64,000 bases of DNA from an uncultured Gemmataceae bacterium (GCA_963750165.1 CAVVPN010000004.1:1216001-1280000), one strand, 5' to 3'; numbered from the stretch's first letter, positions 46,837 to 58,057 are shown. The notes: generated from the letters alone by a model not told the origin. Program-made: numbers and translations.

Positions 46837-47647
46837 GCGGTCGCTGCGCAAGTACTGGAACATCTTCCGCGCCGCCCTGGTCGAGCGCATGGCCTATCGC
46901 GGCGACTTCTTCCTGAGCACGCTGCTGCGCTTCCTGCCGCTGTTGACGACGCTGCTGCTCTGGCAGGCCGTCTACGCCAGCAACCCCGACAGCAAGCCGG
47001 GCGGCTTCGCGCTGGCGCAGATGATCGCGTATTTGCTGCTGGTGCAGATCAGCCGGCTGTTCTCCAGCATGCCGGGCCTGGCGCACGGCATCGCCCGCGA
47101 CATCCGTGATGGCTCGCTCAAGAAATATCTGCTGCAACCGATCAACATGCTGGCGTATCTGCTGTCGTACCGGCTGGCGCACAAGGCGGCCTACATCGTT
47201 ATGTCGGCGCTGCCGTACGCGCTGCTGTTCTTCCTGTGCCGGGACTATTTTACTACCTGGCAGCCGGTCGAAACCTATGTCGCCTACGCGGCGGCGCTGC
47301 TGCTTGGGTTTTTGATCGGTTTCTTCTTTGAAGCCAGCATCGGCATGATTGGCTTCTGGTTCCTGGAAGTGGGGTCGTTTCTCTACGTTGTGAACACGTT
47401 AAGTTTCTTCATCTCGGGTCATATGTTTCCGCTGGACCTGCTGCCGGAGCCGTGGGCGGATGTGCTGAAATGGCTGCCGTTCAAGTATCTGGCCTATTAC
47501 CCGGCGATGATCTTCCTGGGCAAAATCCAGGGGCCGGCGCTGGTGGAGGGGCTGTTGATCGAAACGGTGTGGGCGGCGGTGTTCATCGGACTGGCGTGTC
47601 TGCTGTACCGCGTCGGACTGCGGCGCTACAGCGCCTACGGGGGCTGA
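46793..47647 (+). CDS. ABC-2 family permease (DUF990-type)
   Basis: MAYRGDF, IARDIRDGSL..YLLQP, SGHMFPLDLLP and multiple TMs. Confidence 0.88.
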   Translation: MSPSNALSLSGSPLRRSLRKYWNIFRAALVERMAYRGDFFLSTLLRFLPLLTTLLLWQAVYASNPDSKPGGFALAQMIAYLLLVQISRLFSSMPGLAHGIARDIRDGSLKKYLLQPINMLAYLLSYRLAHKAAYIVMSALPYALLFFLCRDYFTTWQPVETYVAYAAALLLGFLIGFFFEASIGMIGFWFLEVGSFLYVVNTLSFFISGHMFPLDLLPEPWADVLKWLPFKYLAYYPAMIFLGKIQGPALVEGLLIETVWAAVFIGLACLLYRVGLRRYSAYGG

Positions 47648-47651
47648 GGCG

Positions 47652-48466
47652 ATGGTGGGCACCCTGCGTTATTTGCGACTCTGGCTGGCGCTGTGCGCTT
47701 CGGCCTGGTGCGCGAGCTGGCCTTCCGCGCCAACTTCCTCGTCAAGGTATCGGTCGAGGTGATGTGGCTGGTCTTCCTGCTGATCTTCTATGAAACCATC
47801 TTCCGCTCGACGGCGGGCGCCGCAGTCGCGGGCTGGGCGGAACCGCAGTACATGTTCTTCGTCGGCTGTTACTTCGCGCTGGAGGGGTTGATTGAAACGC
47901 TGTTCATGAGCAACTGCGGCGAGTTCGCCGATTTGATCCGCAGCGGTGACCTCGACTTCGTGCTGCTGCAGCCGATCGACGAGCAGTTCCTGGTCAGCTG
48001 CCGCTACCTGGACTGGACCACCGTGCCCAACGTCTTCATGGGCGCTGGCGTCATGATCTACGGTCTGGTGAACATGGGCTGGCAGTTCGACGCCGGACGG
48101 GTCGCGCTGTTCCTGGTGATGTTCACCTGCGGTGTGGCACTGGCGTACAGTTTTTTGTTGCTGTTAACCTCGTCGTCGGTGTGGCTGGTGCGCAATCAGA
48201 GCCTGTACGAACTGTGGTGGCTGTTCACGACGCTGATGCGCTATCCACGCGAGATTTTCGAGCGCTCGTGGGCCATGCCGCTGGGCCGGCTGTTCACCTT
48301 CGTCATCCCGATCATGCTGATCGTCAACGTGCCGGCGAACGTCATGGTGGGGGTGCTGGAGCCGGGCTTCGTGGCGCTGGCGTTCGGCTTCACCGTGGTG
48401 CTGGTGGTGCTCAGCCGCAAGGTGTTCCGGGCGGCGCTGCGGCGCTACCGCAGCGCGAGCAGTTAA
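47652..48466 (+). CDS. ABC-2 family permease (DUF990-type; frameshift at ~47694)
   Basis: MVGTLRYLRLWLAL joins RFGLVRELAFRANF. IRSGDLDFVLLQP, RYPREIF and C-terminal RYRSASS. Confidence 0.86.
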
Positions 48467-48560
48467 ATCTGATTGTACTGGCAACCGCACCCGCATCGGA
48501 TATACTTCTTTTACCCTCCCACCGTTGCCCCCCTGCGCTCATGCCTTGAGGAGAACCGCC

Positions 48561-49948
48561 GTGACCCCCACCCCGCACCACCGACACACCGCCGGCATCC
48601 ACCGCCGTGAATTCCTGCAAGTCGGCTACTCCGCCGCGCTCGGCGTCGGCCTGTCCGCGCTGGCTTCACCACGGGCGGAGGGCGGGGCGCGCAGCCGAAC
48701 CGCCGGCAAAAGTCCGTTCTCATTATCTGGCTCACCGGCGGCCCCAGCCATCACGACACCTTCGACCCGAAGCCAGACGCGCCGGCCAACATTCGCGGTG
48801 ATTTCCGGCCGATGGCGACGCGCGTGCCCGGCCTGCAAATCTGCGAGCACCTGCCACGACTGGCGGCGCGGGCCGACAGGTACGCGCTGGTGCGCACCCT
48901 GTCGCACCGGGACAACAACCATCTGATGTCCACGCACCACCTGCTGACGGGCCACTTCCAGCCGGGGGCGTTCTTCGACAAGGTGGCCTCGCGCGACGAC
49001 TGGCCGAACTACTCCGGCGGCCTGGACTACCTGCGGCCGCGCTCCGACGGCCTGCCGACCGGCGTCAACCTGGCGACCTTCCTCATGGAAGGCCCGCTGA
49101 CCTGGCCGGGCCAGCACGCCGGCTTTCTGGGGCCGCGGCACGACCCCTGGCAGATCAGCCGCGACCCGAACCTGCCCGGCTTCGGCATGGACAGTCTGCG
49201 GCCGGCCGAGGGCATCGACGTGACCCGGCTCAACGACCGTCGGGCGCTGCTGGCGGAGGTGGACCGGCAGCGGGCAGCGCTGGCGGCCACGGCGGAGTCG
49301 CGGCGGCTGAGCGATCAACAGAACCTGGCGTTTTCGGTCCTGACCTCGGGCCGGGTGGCGCGGGCCTTCGCCATCGACCAGGAGCCCGCCGCGATCCGCG
49401 ACCGCTACGGCCGCCACCTGTTCGGCCAGTCGCTGCTGCTGGCGCGACGGTTGGTGCAGGCCGGCGTGCCCGTGGTCCAGGCGAACATGGGTCGCGTCCA
49501 GAACTGGGACTCGCACGGCAACATTTTCGGCACGCTGCGCAACCGTCTGCTGCCGCCGCTGGACCAGGGCGTCAGCGCCCTGCTCGACGACCTGGAGGCG
49601 ACCGGGCTGCTCGACGAAACCTTCGTGATGCTACTGGGCGAGTTCGGCCGCACGCCGCGGATCAACGGCACCTCGCCGACGGCGGTGCCCGGCCGCGATC
49701 ACTGGGGGCCGTGCTTCTTCGGCCTGTTCGCCGGCGGCGGCGTCCGCGGCGGCCAGGTCATCGGCCGCTCGGATCGCATCGGCGCTTACCCCGCCACGAC
49801 GCCGTATGCGCCGGATGATGTCGGCGCGACGGTGTACCATGTCCTGGGCGTCAACCCCACCGCCGAGGTGCGCGATCGGCAGGGCCGGCCGGTGCAGCTC
49901 AACCGCGGTGAGGTGATCCGGCCGCTGTTTACGGGGCGGGCCGGGTGA
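48561..49948 (+). CDS. DUF1501 family protein (frameshift at ~48710)
   Basis: GAGGAG RBS and GTG. Tat-like RREFL. KSVLIIWLTGGPSHHDTFDPKP in the second frame, then LLARRLV, WDSH, GEFGRTP and RDHW. Confidence 0.9.
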
Positions 49949-49970
49949 GCGCGCGAACCACGGGGGCACC

Positions 49971-51371
49971 ATGTTCACCATCCACGACCAGGGCGCACCG
50001 CTGTGCGACGGCCTGTCGCGCCGCGAGTGGCTGAAAATCGGCAGCCTGGGCCTCGGCGGCTTGACCCTGCCCGTCCTGCTACAAGCCCGCGGTGCCGCCG
50101 CCACGCCGACGCAAAACCGCGGCGGCCGGGCGCGGTCGTGCATCGTCCTCTTCTTCCTCGGCGGGCCGCCGCAGCACGAAACCTGGGATCCCAAGCCGAA
50201 CGCCCCCGCGGAAGTGCGCGGCGACCTGCGGCCCATCGCCTCGGCCGTCCCCGGCGTGCAGGTCGGCGAACTGATGCCGCGCACTGCCCGCCTGCTGGAC
50301 CGCATCTGCGTGCTGCGCGGCGTTGCCACCGACGACAACGCCCACTCGTCGAGCGGCTACTACATGACGACCGGCCACCCGCACGTGCCGATGGGGGCCG
50401 AGAACGCCCGCACCGGCGCCCCGAACAACTGGCCGTGCCTGGGCGCCCTGGTCAAGAAGGTGCTGCCCGGTTCGGGCGGCCTGCCCGCGGCGTTCACGTT
50501 GCCGGAGCAATCCGCCAACGACGGCAACCTGACCTGGCCGGGCCAGGACGCCGGCTTCCTCGGCCGCACCGCCGACCCCTGGTTGCTCAATTGCACTCCG
50601 GAAGCTCCGAATTTCCAGATTGCGGGCCTGGCCTTGCCGCCGGGCGTGACGCCCGACCGGCTCGGCGGTCGCCGCACGCTGCTGGCAGAGGCGAACCAGC
50701 GCCTTGACAGCCTCGTCCGCGCCGCCAACGTCGGCCTGCTCGGCGCCCAGCAACAGCAAGCGCTCGACCTCATCACGGCCAGCGCGGCGCGGCGCGCGTT
50801 CAACCTGCACGAGGAGCCGGTCGCCGTCCGCGACCGCTACGGCCGCACGCGCTTCGGCCAGAGCTGCCTGCTGGCCCGCCGGCTGACGGAGGCGGGCGTG
50901 CCGCTGATCCGCGTTAACTGGACGCGCCTGCCAGGTGCCGTCAACAACGGCCACTGGGACACGCACAGCCAGAACACGCGCGGCCTGCGGCAACTGATGC
51001 CCGTGATGGATCAGGCATATTCGGCGCTGCTGGAAGATTTGCACCTGCGCGGTCTGCTGGACGAGACGCTGGTGCTGTGGACGGGCGAGTTCGGCCGCAC
51101 GCCGCGCCTCAACGGCGCCGGGGGCCGCGACCACTGGGGCCGCGTTTTCTCGGTGGCGCTGGCTGGCGGCGGCGTGCGCGGCGGCACGGTCCACGGTGCG
51201 TCCGACAGCATTGCCGCCTTTCCGCGCGACGGCCGGGTGGCGCCGCCGGACCTGCTGGCGACCGTCCTGCATTGTCTCGGCGTGCGGCCTGACGCGGAAA
51301 TCCACGACGCGCAGGGCCGGCCGCTGCCGCTCACCCGCGGCGACGTGATCCGCCAGATCATCAATGGGTAG
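49971..51371 (+). CDS. DUF1501 family protein
   Basis: SRREWL, LFFLGGPPQHETWDPKP, LLARRL, WDTH, GEFGRTP and GRDHW. Confidence 0.93.
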   Translation: MFTIHDQGAPLCDGLSRREWLKIGSLGLGGLTLPVLLQARGAAATPTQNRGGRARSCIVLFFLGGPPQHETWDPKPNAPAEVRGDLRPIASAVPGVQVGELMPRTARLLDRICVLRGVATDDNAHSSSGYYMTTGHPHVPMGAENARTGAPNNWPCLGALVKKVLPGSGGLPAAFTLPEQSANDGNLTWPGQDAGFLGRTADPWLLNCTPEAPNFQIAGLALPPGVTPDRLGGRRTLLAEANQRLDSLVRAANVGLLGAQQQQALDLITASAARRAFNLHEEPVAVRDRYGRTRFGQSCLLARRLTEAGVPLIRVNWTRLPGAVNNGHWDTHSQNTRGLRQLMPVMDQAYSALLEDLHLRGLLDETLVLWTGEFGRTPRLNGAGGRDHWGRVFSVALAGGGVRGGTVHGASDSIAAFPRDGRVAPPDLLATVLHCLGVRPDAEIHDAQGRPLPLTRGDVIRQIING

Positions 51372-51501
51372 GACGGCTCTCCAGAGCCGTCAAAGTCATC
51401 AATGGGTAGGACGGCTCTCCAGAGCCGTCAAAGTCATCAATGGGTAGGACGGCTCTCCAGAGCCGTCAAAGTCTCCCGACGGCTCTGGAGAGCCGTCCTA
51501 C
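51358..51501. repeat. BIME-like array: three identical 38-bp units containing GTAG-REP plus one inverted REP
   Basis: (tcatcaatgggtaggacggctctccagagccgtcaaag)x3, then gacggctctggagagccgtcctac. Same REP family as 34682-34740. Confidence 0.9.
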
Positions 51502-52907
51502 AGTTCGTGCTTCACGCAACCGTGAAGAGCTTTAACCGCCAGAAACTCCGGCACCACCCGCGAGCTGGAGAACTGATACTTGCCCGAACTCTGGGCCGGG
51601 ATCTCGTCCACCAGCTCCCACTCCACGCGCGTCCCCTCGCCGAGATATTTTCGCGTCGCGTCTTCAAGATAATGCAGGTCGCTTTCCAGCGAAAAGCCAG
51701 GCCCCGGCTTGATGCGATAGGTCACAGCGCCGGCCCGCTCCTGCACAATCTGCACCTGGCCCAGGCTGGTGCGCTGGGCGACGACGCCAATGGTCAGAAA
51801 CGCCCCGGACACCGCCCGGCCGTCGGCGCCGACCAAGAAATCGGTAACGCGCCCGGCCACCTCACCCAGCCGCGGCAGCCCGCGGCCGCACGGACACCGC
51901 CCCGGCAGCCACGACGCCACATCGCCGATGCGGTAGCGGAGCAGCGGCATGGCGTAGTTCAGCAGGTCCGTGACCAGAACCGCCCCCAACTCCCCCGGCT
52001 GCGCCGGCCGGTCGCCGTTAACGATCTCCAGATACAGCCCTTCCGCCATGACGTGCAGCCCCTCGTGAGCCGGGCACTCGCTGGCGATGACGCTGAACTC
52101 ACGCGAGCCGTAGCGGTTGAACACCGGGCAGCCGAATACCTGTTCGAGCAAGGCCCGCTCCGCCGCCGTGAGCACTTCCGCGGAGGTGACCAGCGCCCGC
52201 GGCCGCACGGGCGGCAAATCGTGCGCCTGGAGGAAGCGCGCCAGCAGCACCGCCGAGCGCGCGTAGGCCAGCATGACGCCGGGCCGGAAGCCGAGCAGCC
52301 GGCGGTGGAATTCGCGTAGCCGCTCTTCGGTGAGGTGGCCGGTGTCGAGGAACAGCTGGCGATCCAGCAGCAGTTCGCGCAGCCAGGTCAGCCAGGAGCG
52401 CGGCGGCCGGTCGCGCGGCGCCCCCCACAGGACCGCCACCTTGTCGCCGACCTCCCAGCCGGCCCAGCGGTTGTGCCGCAGCGTCGCCGCGGCCCGCGAC
52501 TGCAGCCGGTCCTGCGTCAGGTAAAAGGACACGGGTGTACCGGTGGAGCCGCCGGTGTGGTTGAGCACGAGCCGGCCGCGGTCCTGGTTCGTGGCGACCA
52601 GTTCCTCGCGGTGCCGCTGCAACTCCGCCTTTTCCAGCGGTGGCAGCAGCCGCAGGTCTTCGGGACAGCGCAGGTCTGCCGGGTGCAGCCCCGCCTGCCG
52701 GAAGCGCTCGCCGTAGAACGGGCTGTGTTTGTAGGCGTGATGCAGCAAGGCCCGCAGGCGTGACCACTGCAGCGCGTGCAGCCGGTCGGGGGAATCGAAC
52801 TGCGTCCGTTCATATTCCCGCAGGTATTTCAACTGCCCGAGTTCGCCGCGCCGCCACAGGGCCGCGGGGAAAACCACCTGCCGGGCAAACGATTGGTAAA
52901 TACCCAT
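51498..52907 (-). CDS. Phenylacetate-CoA ligase-like / CapK-family adenylate-forming enzyme
   Basis: TGGSTGTP P-loop, NRYGSRE, TDLLNYAMPLLRYRIGD and SGKYQF. Confidence 0.88.
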   Translation of the reverse strand: MGIYQSFARQVVFPAALWRRGELGQLKYLREYERTQFDSPDRLHALQWSRLRALLHHAYKHSPFYGERFRQAGLHPADLRCPEDLRLLPPLEKAELQRHREELVATNQDRGRLVLNHTGGSTGTPVSFYLTQDRLQSRAAATLRHNRWAGWEVGDKVAVLWGAPRDRPPRSWLTWLRELLLDRQLFLDTGHLTEERLREFHRRLLGFRPGVMLAYARSAVLLARFLQAHDLPPVRPRALVTSAEVLTAAERALLEQVFGCPVFNRYGSREFSVIASECPAHEGLHVMAEGLYLEIVNGDRPAQPGELGAVLVTDLLNYAMPLLRYRIGDVASWLPGRCPCGRGLPRLGEVAGRVTDFLVGADGRAVSGAFLTIGVVAQRTSLGQVQIVQERAGAVTYRIKPGPGFSLESDLHYLEDATRKYLGEGTRVEWELVDEIPAQSSGKYQFSSSRVVPEFLAVKALHGCVKHEL

Positions 52908-52945
52908 GTTAGCTCCCGTGGGCGTGAACGGGTTTAAGTGGCGCG

Positions 52946-54425
52946 TCAGGAACGTTGCTGAAAATAAAGCGCCCGTCGCATGGTGGACCGGAAGACTCCC
53001 GCCCGCAGCCGGAGGGAGTCCCGGGCCCACTGTTTCTCGTCCGGGGTCAGCAGGCCGAGGGACCAGACCAGCGCGGCCCAGCCGGCCCACAGCAGCACCT
53101 TCACCAGGCTGCCCACCAGGCTGTGCGGCAGCCAGCGCGAGGCGGCCCAGACGAGGATCGCCAGCACCACCATGCCAAGGACGCGGGCGAACGGGTAATG
53201 GATGCGGTAGGCCCGCTGGGCGAAGAGGTACGTCAGGCCAGCGTGAAAACCAAACCCGGCGAGGGTCGCGACTGCTGCTCCGATAATCGACCAGCGTGGG
53301 ATGAGCCAGCAATAACAACCTAACATAACAACAGTGGTCGCCAGCGCGACGAGGGATTTATGAAGTGTCTTGCGGCGGATATAGAAACTACAATCCATGA
53401 AGTCCGCGGCGGCGAGGCAAAAATAAGCGAGCACCACCGGCCCGATGACCTGAGCCGCAGAGCCGTAGTCCGGTGGCCCGAGAACACCAATCACCTCATC
53501 CTGAAAGAGACAGCAACCGAGGCCCACCAATAGATAAACGCTGAGGATGCGAGCGAACACCTGGCCGAACAGGACCGGGGCGTGCGGCGCGTCGGCCAGC
53601 TGGTAGGCGCGGCCCCCAGGCCATCATGAGCGGGGCCCGTGAAAACATGCTCACGGCGAGCGCGACCTTGTAGCCCAGCGCGTACACGCCAACGGTGGCC
53701 TCGCCGCAAATCCGCAGCAGCAGGAAGCGGTCGCCGTGGTTGAGGATGAAAAAGCCCAGACCCGCGGGGATGAACGGTAGGGCGAAGCGCAGCATGTGCG
53801 GGGCGGCGGCGAGGCTGAAGGAGCCGCGAATGATTTCCCGCAGACCGAGTGCGGCAAACACCAGACCGGCGGCCGTGAGCGAGGCGAGCAGCACGCCCCA
53901 GAGCCCCAGACCCGCGCCGACAACCAGGGCGACGCACCCCAGCGAGCGCAGCACGACCTGACCGGCGATGCAGAGCACGAACAGGCCGGATTGCATGCGG
54001 GCCTGGGCCAGCCCGAGCAAGCCGCTAGCAGCGGCTTCCAGCAGCACCGTGGCCAGGGCGAGCAGCCCCAGAGACGGGTCCGCGTGTGGGATGATGAGCT
54101 GGACCGCCGGCCGGCAGAGCCAACCCAGCAGCAATCCCAGAACGACCATGCCCGAGACGACGGCCAGGACGGAAGGCCCCAGCGAATCCTGATAGCTTCC
54201 GGCGGTTCGCTGCCCGGAGAAAACTAACACCGCCTGGCGAAGTCCGTTGAACAACAGGCAAATGATGAACAGTTCTCCCAATCGATTGAGGATTTCAAGT
54301 ATCCCGAACTCAGCGGGGCTCAGATAATGAGTGTAAAGCGGGAGCAAAAGCAGGCCCGCGACCTGGGGCAGCACATTGCCCAGGAAGAACAGGAGGGAGT
54401 GCCCAAGGATGGTCCGGGCGGCCAT
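52946..54425 (-). CDS. Wzx-type oligosaccharide flippase (frameshift at ~53605)
   Basis: LLLPLYTHYLSPAEFG, DRFLL...VGVYALGYK and LIPRWSIIGAAVAT. Many TMs across two frames. Confidence 0.88.
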
Positions 54426-54444
54426 GCAATTCCCTTCGCGGAAG

Positions 54445-55725
54445 TTAGTACGCTGGCCGTCGGGCAGGCCACGAAGCGGTAAACACCGCGGGCGCAAGAC
54501 GGCGGGCCAACGGCGGGACGGTCGGGAGGGCGGGCCGTTGCAGGACACAATACCGGGTAATGATAAAAAACCCGCCATACCAGAGCCAGGTAAAGCGGTA
54601 CAGATTGTGACTGAAAACGCCGTTCAGCAGCAAGAGCAAAGTGGCGATGGCCAGGCAGTCCCCCAGGTGCCCGAGATAGTCGATACCCGGGACCGGCCGC
54701 TGACGAACCATCTGGCGAATTTGCAGGTAATTCCAGAAGAACAGCAGAACGACGCCCGCCAGGGCTAAGGCGCCAAGAGTGCCCATTTCACCGATAACCT
54801 GGCCGTACAGGTTGTGCGCTTCCAGTTTACTGCCAGAGGAAATTTTCCAGGCACCGGGGCCACAACCGGTCAGGGGATATTGAGACCATAGTTCGGCACC
54901 GAGTCGGAGCCCTTCGAGTCGGCCCTCGGCGGAAACCTGTGCGTTGGCGGGACCGACTTTCGGGTTGATGATGGTTTCAAAGCGATTTTGCAGGGAGGGG
55001 GGCAGAGCCATCCAGAGGAACGGGGCTGCGATGACGGCGCAGGCCGCGAACACCCATCGATGTCGGCTGCGGGCGATCTGTAACGTGGTGGAAAAAACCA
55101 GGGCGACGAAGCCGCCGCGCGAGCCCGTAAGCCCCACGCAACCGATACTGAGCATGGCGAAAAAAATCAGAAAACAACGCCAGTATTTGGAACGATTGCC
55201 GACCCAGGAGGCCGGCACCAGGGCCAGGAAAAGCAAAATGTTGGAGGCGAAGGCGTTGGGGTCGCCCATGGTGTTGTCCACACCAATGAGGCGGTCAATG
55301 CCCATGCGGTGGACGTGTCGGCCGTTCTTGTACTCCCACAGTGAGTGCATCATGTAAAGCGCCATGAAGACGAGCAAGCAGTTGATAATTTGTTTGAGGT
55401 CTTTCTCGTCCTGAATCGTGGTTACGAGGTAGCCGTAGATGACGACGAGTGTGAGATACTTGTACACGTGAAAGAAGCCGTCATCGATCCACGGACTGGC
55501 GAGCCAGCAGAGCAAAAAGCAGGTGATGAAGAAGCCGAACGCCGCATGCAGGGGGTTGGGAAGCCAGCGTTTGGGATTGGACAGCCAAACGCAACCGACG
55601 ACGAGTGCATACAACAATTCGATGCGCAGGACGCCCAGGGCCGGCCAAATTTCAAACGGCCGGTGGATGAACAGATACATGTAACCGATGAGAAGTAATC
55701 GCATAAGGGCCTTTGCATCCGGCAC
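54445..55725 (-). CDS. O-antigen ligase / Wzy polymerase family protein
   Basis: GDPNAFA, LTGSRGGFVAL, YPLTGCGPG, AHNLY..GEMG and multiple TMs. Confidence 0.87.
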   Translation of the reverse strand: MPDAKALMRLLLIGYMYLFIHRPFEIWPALGVLRIELLYALVVGCVWLSNPKRWLPNPLHAAFGFFITCFLLCWLASPWIDDGFFHVYKYLTLVVIYGYLVTTIQDEKDLKQIINCLLVFMALYMMHSLWEYKNGRHVHRMGIDRLIGVDNTMGDPNAFASNILLFLALVPASWVGNRSKYWRCFLIFFAMLSIGCVGLTGSRGGFVALVFSTTLQIARSRHRWVFAACAVIAAPFLWMALPPSLQNRFETIINPKVGPANAQVSAEGRLEGLRLGAELWSQYPLTGCGPGAWKISSGSKLEAHNLYGQVIGEMGTLGALALAGVVLLFFWNYLQIRQMVRQRPVPGIDYLGHLGDCLAIATLLLLLNGVFSHNLYRFTWLWYGGFFIITRYCVLQRPALPTVPPLARRLAPAVFTASWPARRPAY

Positions 55726-55735
55726 GTGTCAAATG

Positions 55736-56833
55736 TCAGCCGCGAACCAGTTGGTGATACAAAGCTTGATACCGCGCCACCGCCCGTTGCCGGCTGTAGT
55801 TTTGCTGAACAAACGACCGCGCTGCCGTCCCCAGGCGCAACCTGAGTTCGGGGTCATCAATGAGGGTTTGCATGGCGCTGGCGAGGGCAGCCGTGTCGTT
55901 GCTCGGAACGAGCAATCCAGTGGTCCCGTTGTTGATCAGTTCCGCGTTTGCCCCCACCGCCGTGGCGACGACCGCGCGGCCGGCTGCCATGTATTCGAGG
56001 ACGGCGTTGGACATCCCTTCGGAAACCGAGCAGAGGACGGCAATGTCGAGACGCGCAAGATACTGCGGAATGTTTGCGATCCGACCCAGCAGGGTCATGC
56101 GCTCTTCCAGACCCAGTTGACGAATCTGGCGTTCCAGCAGTCCCCGTGAAGGCCCCTCTCCGGCGATGGAGAAACGCAGATTTGGGTAGCGGTCAACGAG
56201 CAGGGCGGCCGCCTGAAGAAACATTCCCAGATTCTTAACAGGCCGAAGGTTGGCCACGACCCCCACCGACACGCTTTCGTTGCTCTGAAAAGGACCGACG
56301 TATCGGTGCAAATCCACGCCATTTTCGATCACGGCGACGGGCTTAACGGCGTCGTAGCCCTCGGCGACGAGAGAGTCGCGGCAAGCGCGACAGTTGGCCA
56401 CAGTGGCGCGAGCCAGTCGATCGTAGAGTTGATTGAGCCGTCGTTGCGCCGCGGATTGTGAGTAGCCCAGGTTATTTCTGGTGCGGACCAATACCGGCAC
56501 GCGAACCAACCAACCGATGAGAAACCCCACTAGAGTACTGTCCGGGAAGTATGTTTGAAGAATGTCAATCTGGTTGCGCCGCAGAAAGAACCCCAGTTGC
56601 ACCAGTTTCATCAACGAGGACGGATGACCAATGGGCCCCATTCCAAGCCGAAGAATCGGGCACTGTCTGGGCTCCAGCTCCCGGGAGCGTTTGGCGCGGC
56701 CGCGCAGCAAGCACAGGTACGGCTGGACCCGAGTCCGATCCAGGTGCTCAATCAAGGAGAGCAGATGCATTTCCGTACCCGCCTTGCTGAGTTCATCAAT
56801 GAGAAAGCACACGCGAATTGGTTGTGGTGTCAT
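55736..56833 (-). CDS. Glycosyltransferase, GT4 family
   Basis: VIENGVD, VANLRPVKN and SEGMSNAVLEYMAAG. Confidence 0.9.
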   Translation of the reverse strand: MTPQPIRVCFLIDELSKAGTEMHLLSLIEHLDRTRVQPYLCLLRGRAKRSRELEPRQCPILRLGMGPIGHPSSLMKLVQLGFFLRRNQIDILQTYFPDSTLVGFLIGWLVRVPVLVRTRNNLGYSQSAAQRRLNQLYDRLARATVANCRACRDSLVAEGYDAVKPVAVIENGVDLHRYVGPFQSNESVSVGVVANLRPVKNLGMFLQAAALLVDRYPNLRFSIAGEGPSRGLLERQIRQLGLEERMTLLGRIANIPQYLARLDIAVLCSVSEGMSNAVLEYMAAGRAVVATAVGANAELINNGTTGLLVPSNDTAALASAMQTLIDDPELRLRLGTAARSFVQQNYSRQRAVARYQALYHQLVRG

Positions 56834-56867
56834 GTGTAAACCGAAATGATAACGGAGTACTGATTCA

Positions 56868-58007
56868 TCATGCGACCTGGTCAGCAGAAGTTGAACACCT
56901 GAGAATTTCCAGAAAAACGCCGTGATAATACTGGGCCTGGGCATCGAAGGAGAAATTTCTTTCCATCAAAGCTCTGCCGGCATCCCCGACGGCCCTCCGC
57001 AAATCCGCGCTGTGAGACAGGCGGCGGATATTGCTGGAGAGGGCCCGAACATCACCGGGTGGGACTAAAAATCCGTTCACGCCCTGGGAAATGACATCGG
57101 GGATGCCGCCGACGTTGGTGGCAACGACGGGAAGGCGCGCCGCACAGGCTTCCAGCAGCACGTTTGGCATGCCCTCGGTATACGAGGAGATCGCAACGAA
57201 GTCGCTGGCCGCGAGCAACTGATCCAGGCGCGCGGTAAAGCCAGCAAGAACAAAGTTTTGCTCCACTCCTAGCCGGCGAATGTCATCGCTCAACTCGGAA
57301 CGGAGAGGGCCGTCTCCAAAAAGAATGAACCCAACACCACGGTCCTCCCGAATCACGTCAGCGCTCGCGCGCACAAGGTCCGAGAACCCCTTCTCGGGGC
57401 TAAGCCGGCCGGCGGAGCAGCAGACTAGCCGTGGACGGGTTGAAAAAAAGGCAGAAAGCTCGGCTCGATGGGCGTCGGTAGGAGGAGGAAACCGGCTGAT
57501 CGCGATGGCGTTGGGAATAAGTCGGACCCGACGACGGGGAACCCCTGCGTTGATAACCGATTGGGCCTGTGCTCTGGAGAGGCAAACCACCATCTCGAAA
57601 CGTGTAAGAACAAGTTGATCAAAACGCTCATACACTTTTACCTTGCAATTCTCACCCGTCCACCCCCGGAGAATGCACAGGGTCGGTAAGCCGACGGCGC
57701 GGCCGGCGAGCGCGCCGATCAGGTTCGCCTTGTAGCCGTGACAGCAGAGGACATCCGCATCCAGTCCGACGAGCGTTTGGTTCAACACGTCAACGGCGTG
57801 GACGGTGCCGCGCAGGTCATCGGGGATGACGCGCATGTCAACCCCGCAACGACGAGCTTCTTCCTGAAACCGGTGACAGCCACCTGCCTCCGAAAAAACG
57901 ACAATGGAACTGTGGTAGTGCAGGGGAAGGTGCGCGCACAGTCCAAGGATCTGACGCTCCGGTCCGCCGAAAAAAGTCGAACTGGTAAGGTGGACAACAT
58001 GAATCAT
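56868..58007 (-). CDS. Glycosyltransferase, GT4 family
   Basis: FGGPERQ, GRLSPEKG and EGMPNVLLEA. Confidence 0.9.
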   Translation of the reverse strand: MIHVVHLTSSTFFGGPERQILGLCAHLPLHYHSSIVVFSEAGGCHRFQEEARRCGVDMRVIPDDLRGTVHAVDVLNQTLVGLDADVLCCHGYKANLIGALAGRAVGLPTLCILRGWTGENCKVKVYERFDQLVLTRFEMVVCLSRAQAQSVINAGVPRRRVRLIPNAIAISRFPPPTDAHRAELSAFFSTRPRLVCCSAGRLSPEKGFSDLVRASADVIREDRGVGFILFGDGPLRSELSDDIRRLGVEQNFVLAGFTARLDQLLAASDFVAISSYTEGMPNVLLEACAARLPVVATNVGGIPDVISQGVNGFLVPPGDVRALSSNIRRLSHSADLRRAVGDAGRALMERNFSFDAQAQYYHGVFLEILRCSTSADQVA

Positions 58008-58057
58008 GGTGACGATACCTGTAGCAATTCACCCAGGGAACACACACAACTTCGGAG

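Noticed and set aside
51358..51501. Possible CRISPR array (regularly spaced palindromic repeats)
   Set aside because: The intervening sequences are identical and short, one copy is inverted, and no cas genes are present. It is a REP/BIME-like tandem.
7207..53612. Treating the frameshifted genes as pseudogenes or programmed frameshifts
   Set aside because: Both halves are otherwise intact with conserved motifs, no slippery heptamers were seen, and the indels share a sequence context. Sequencing error is more parsimonious.
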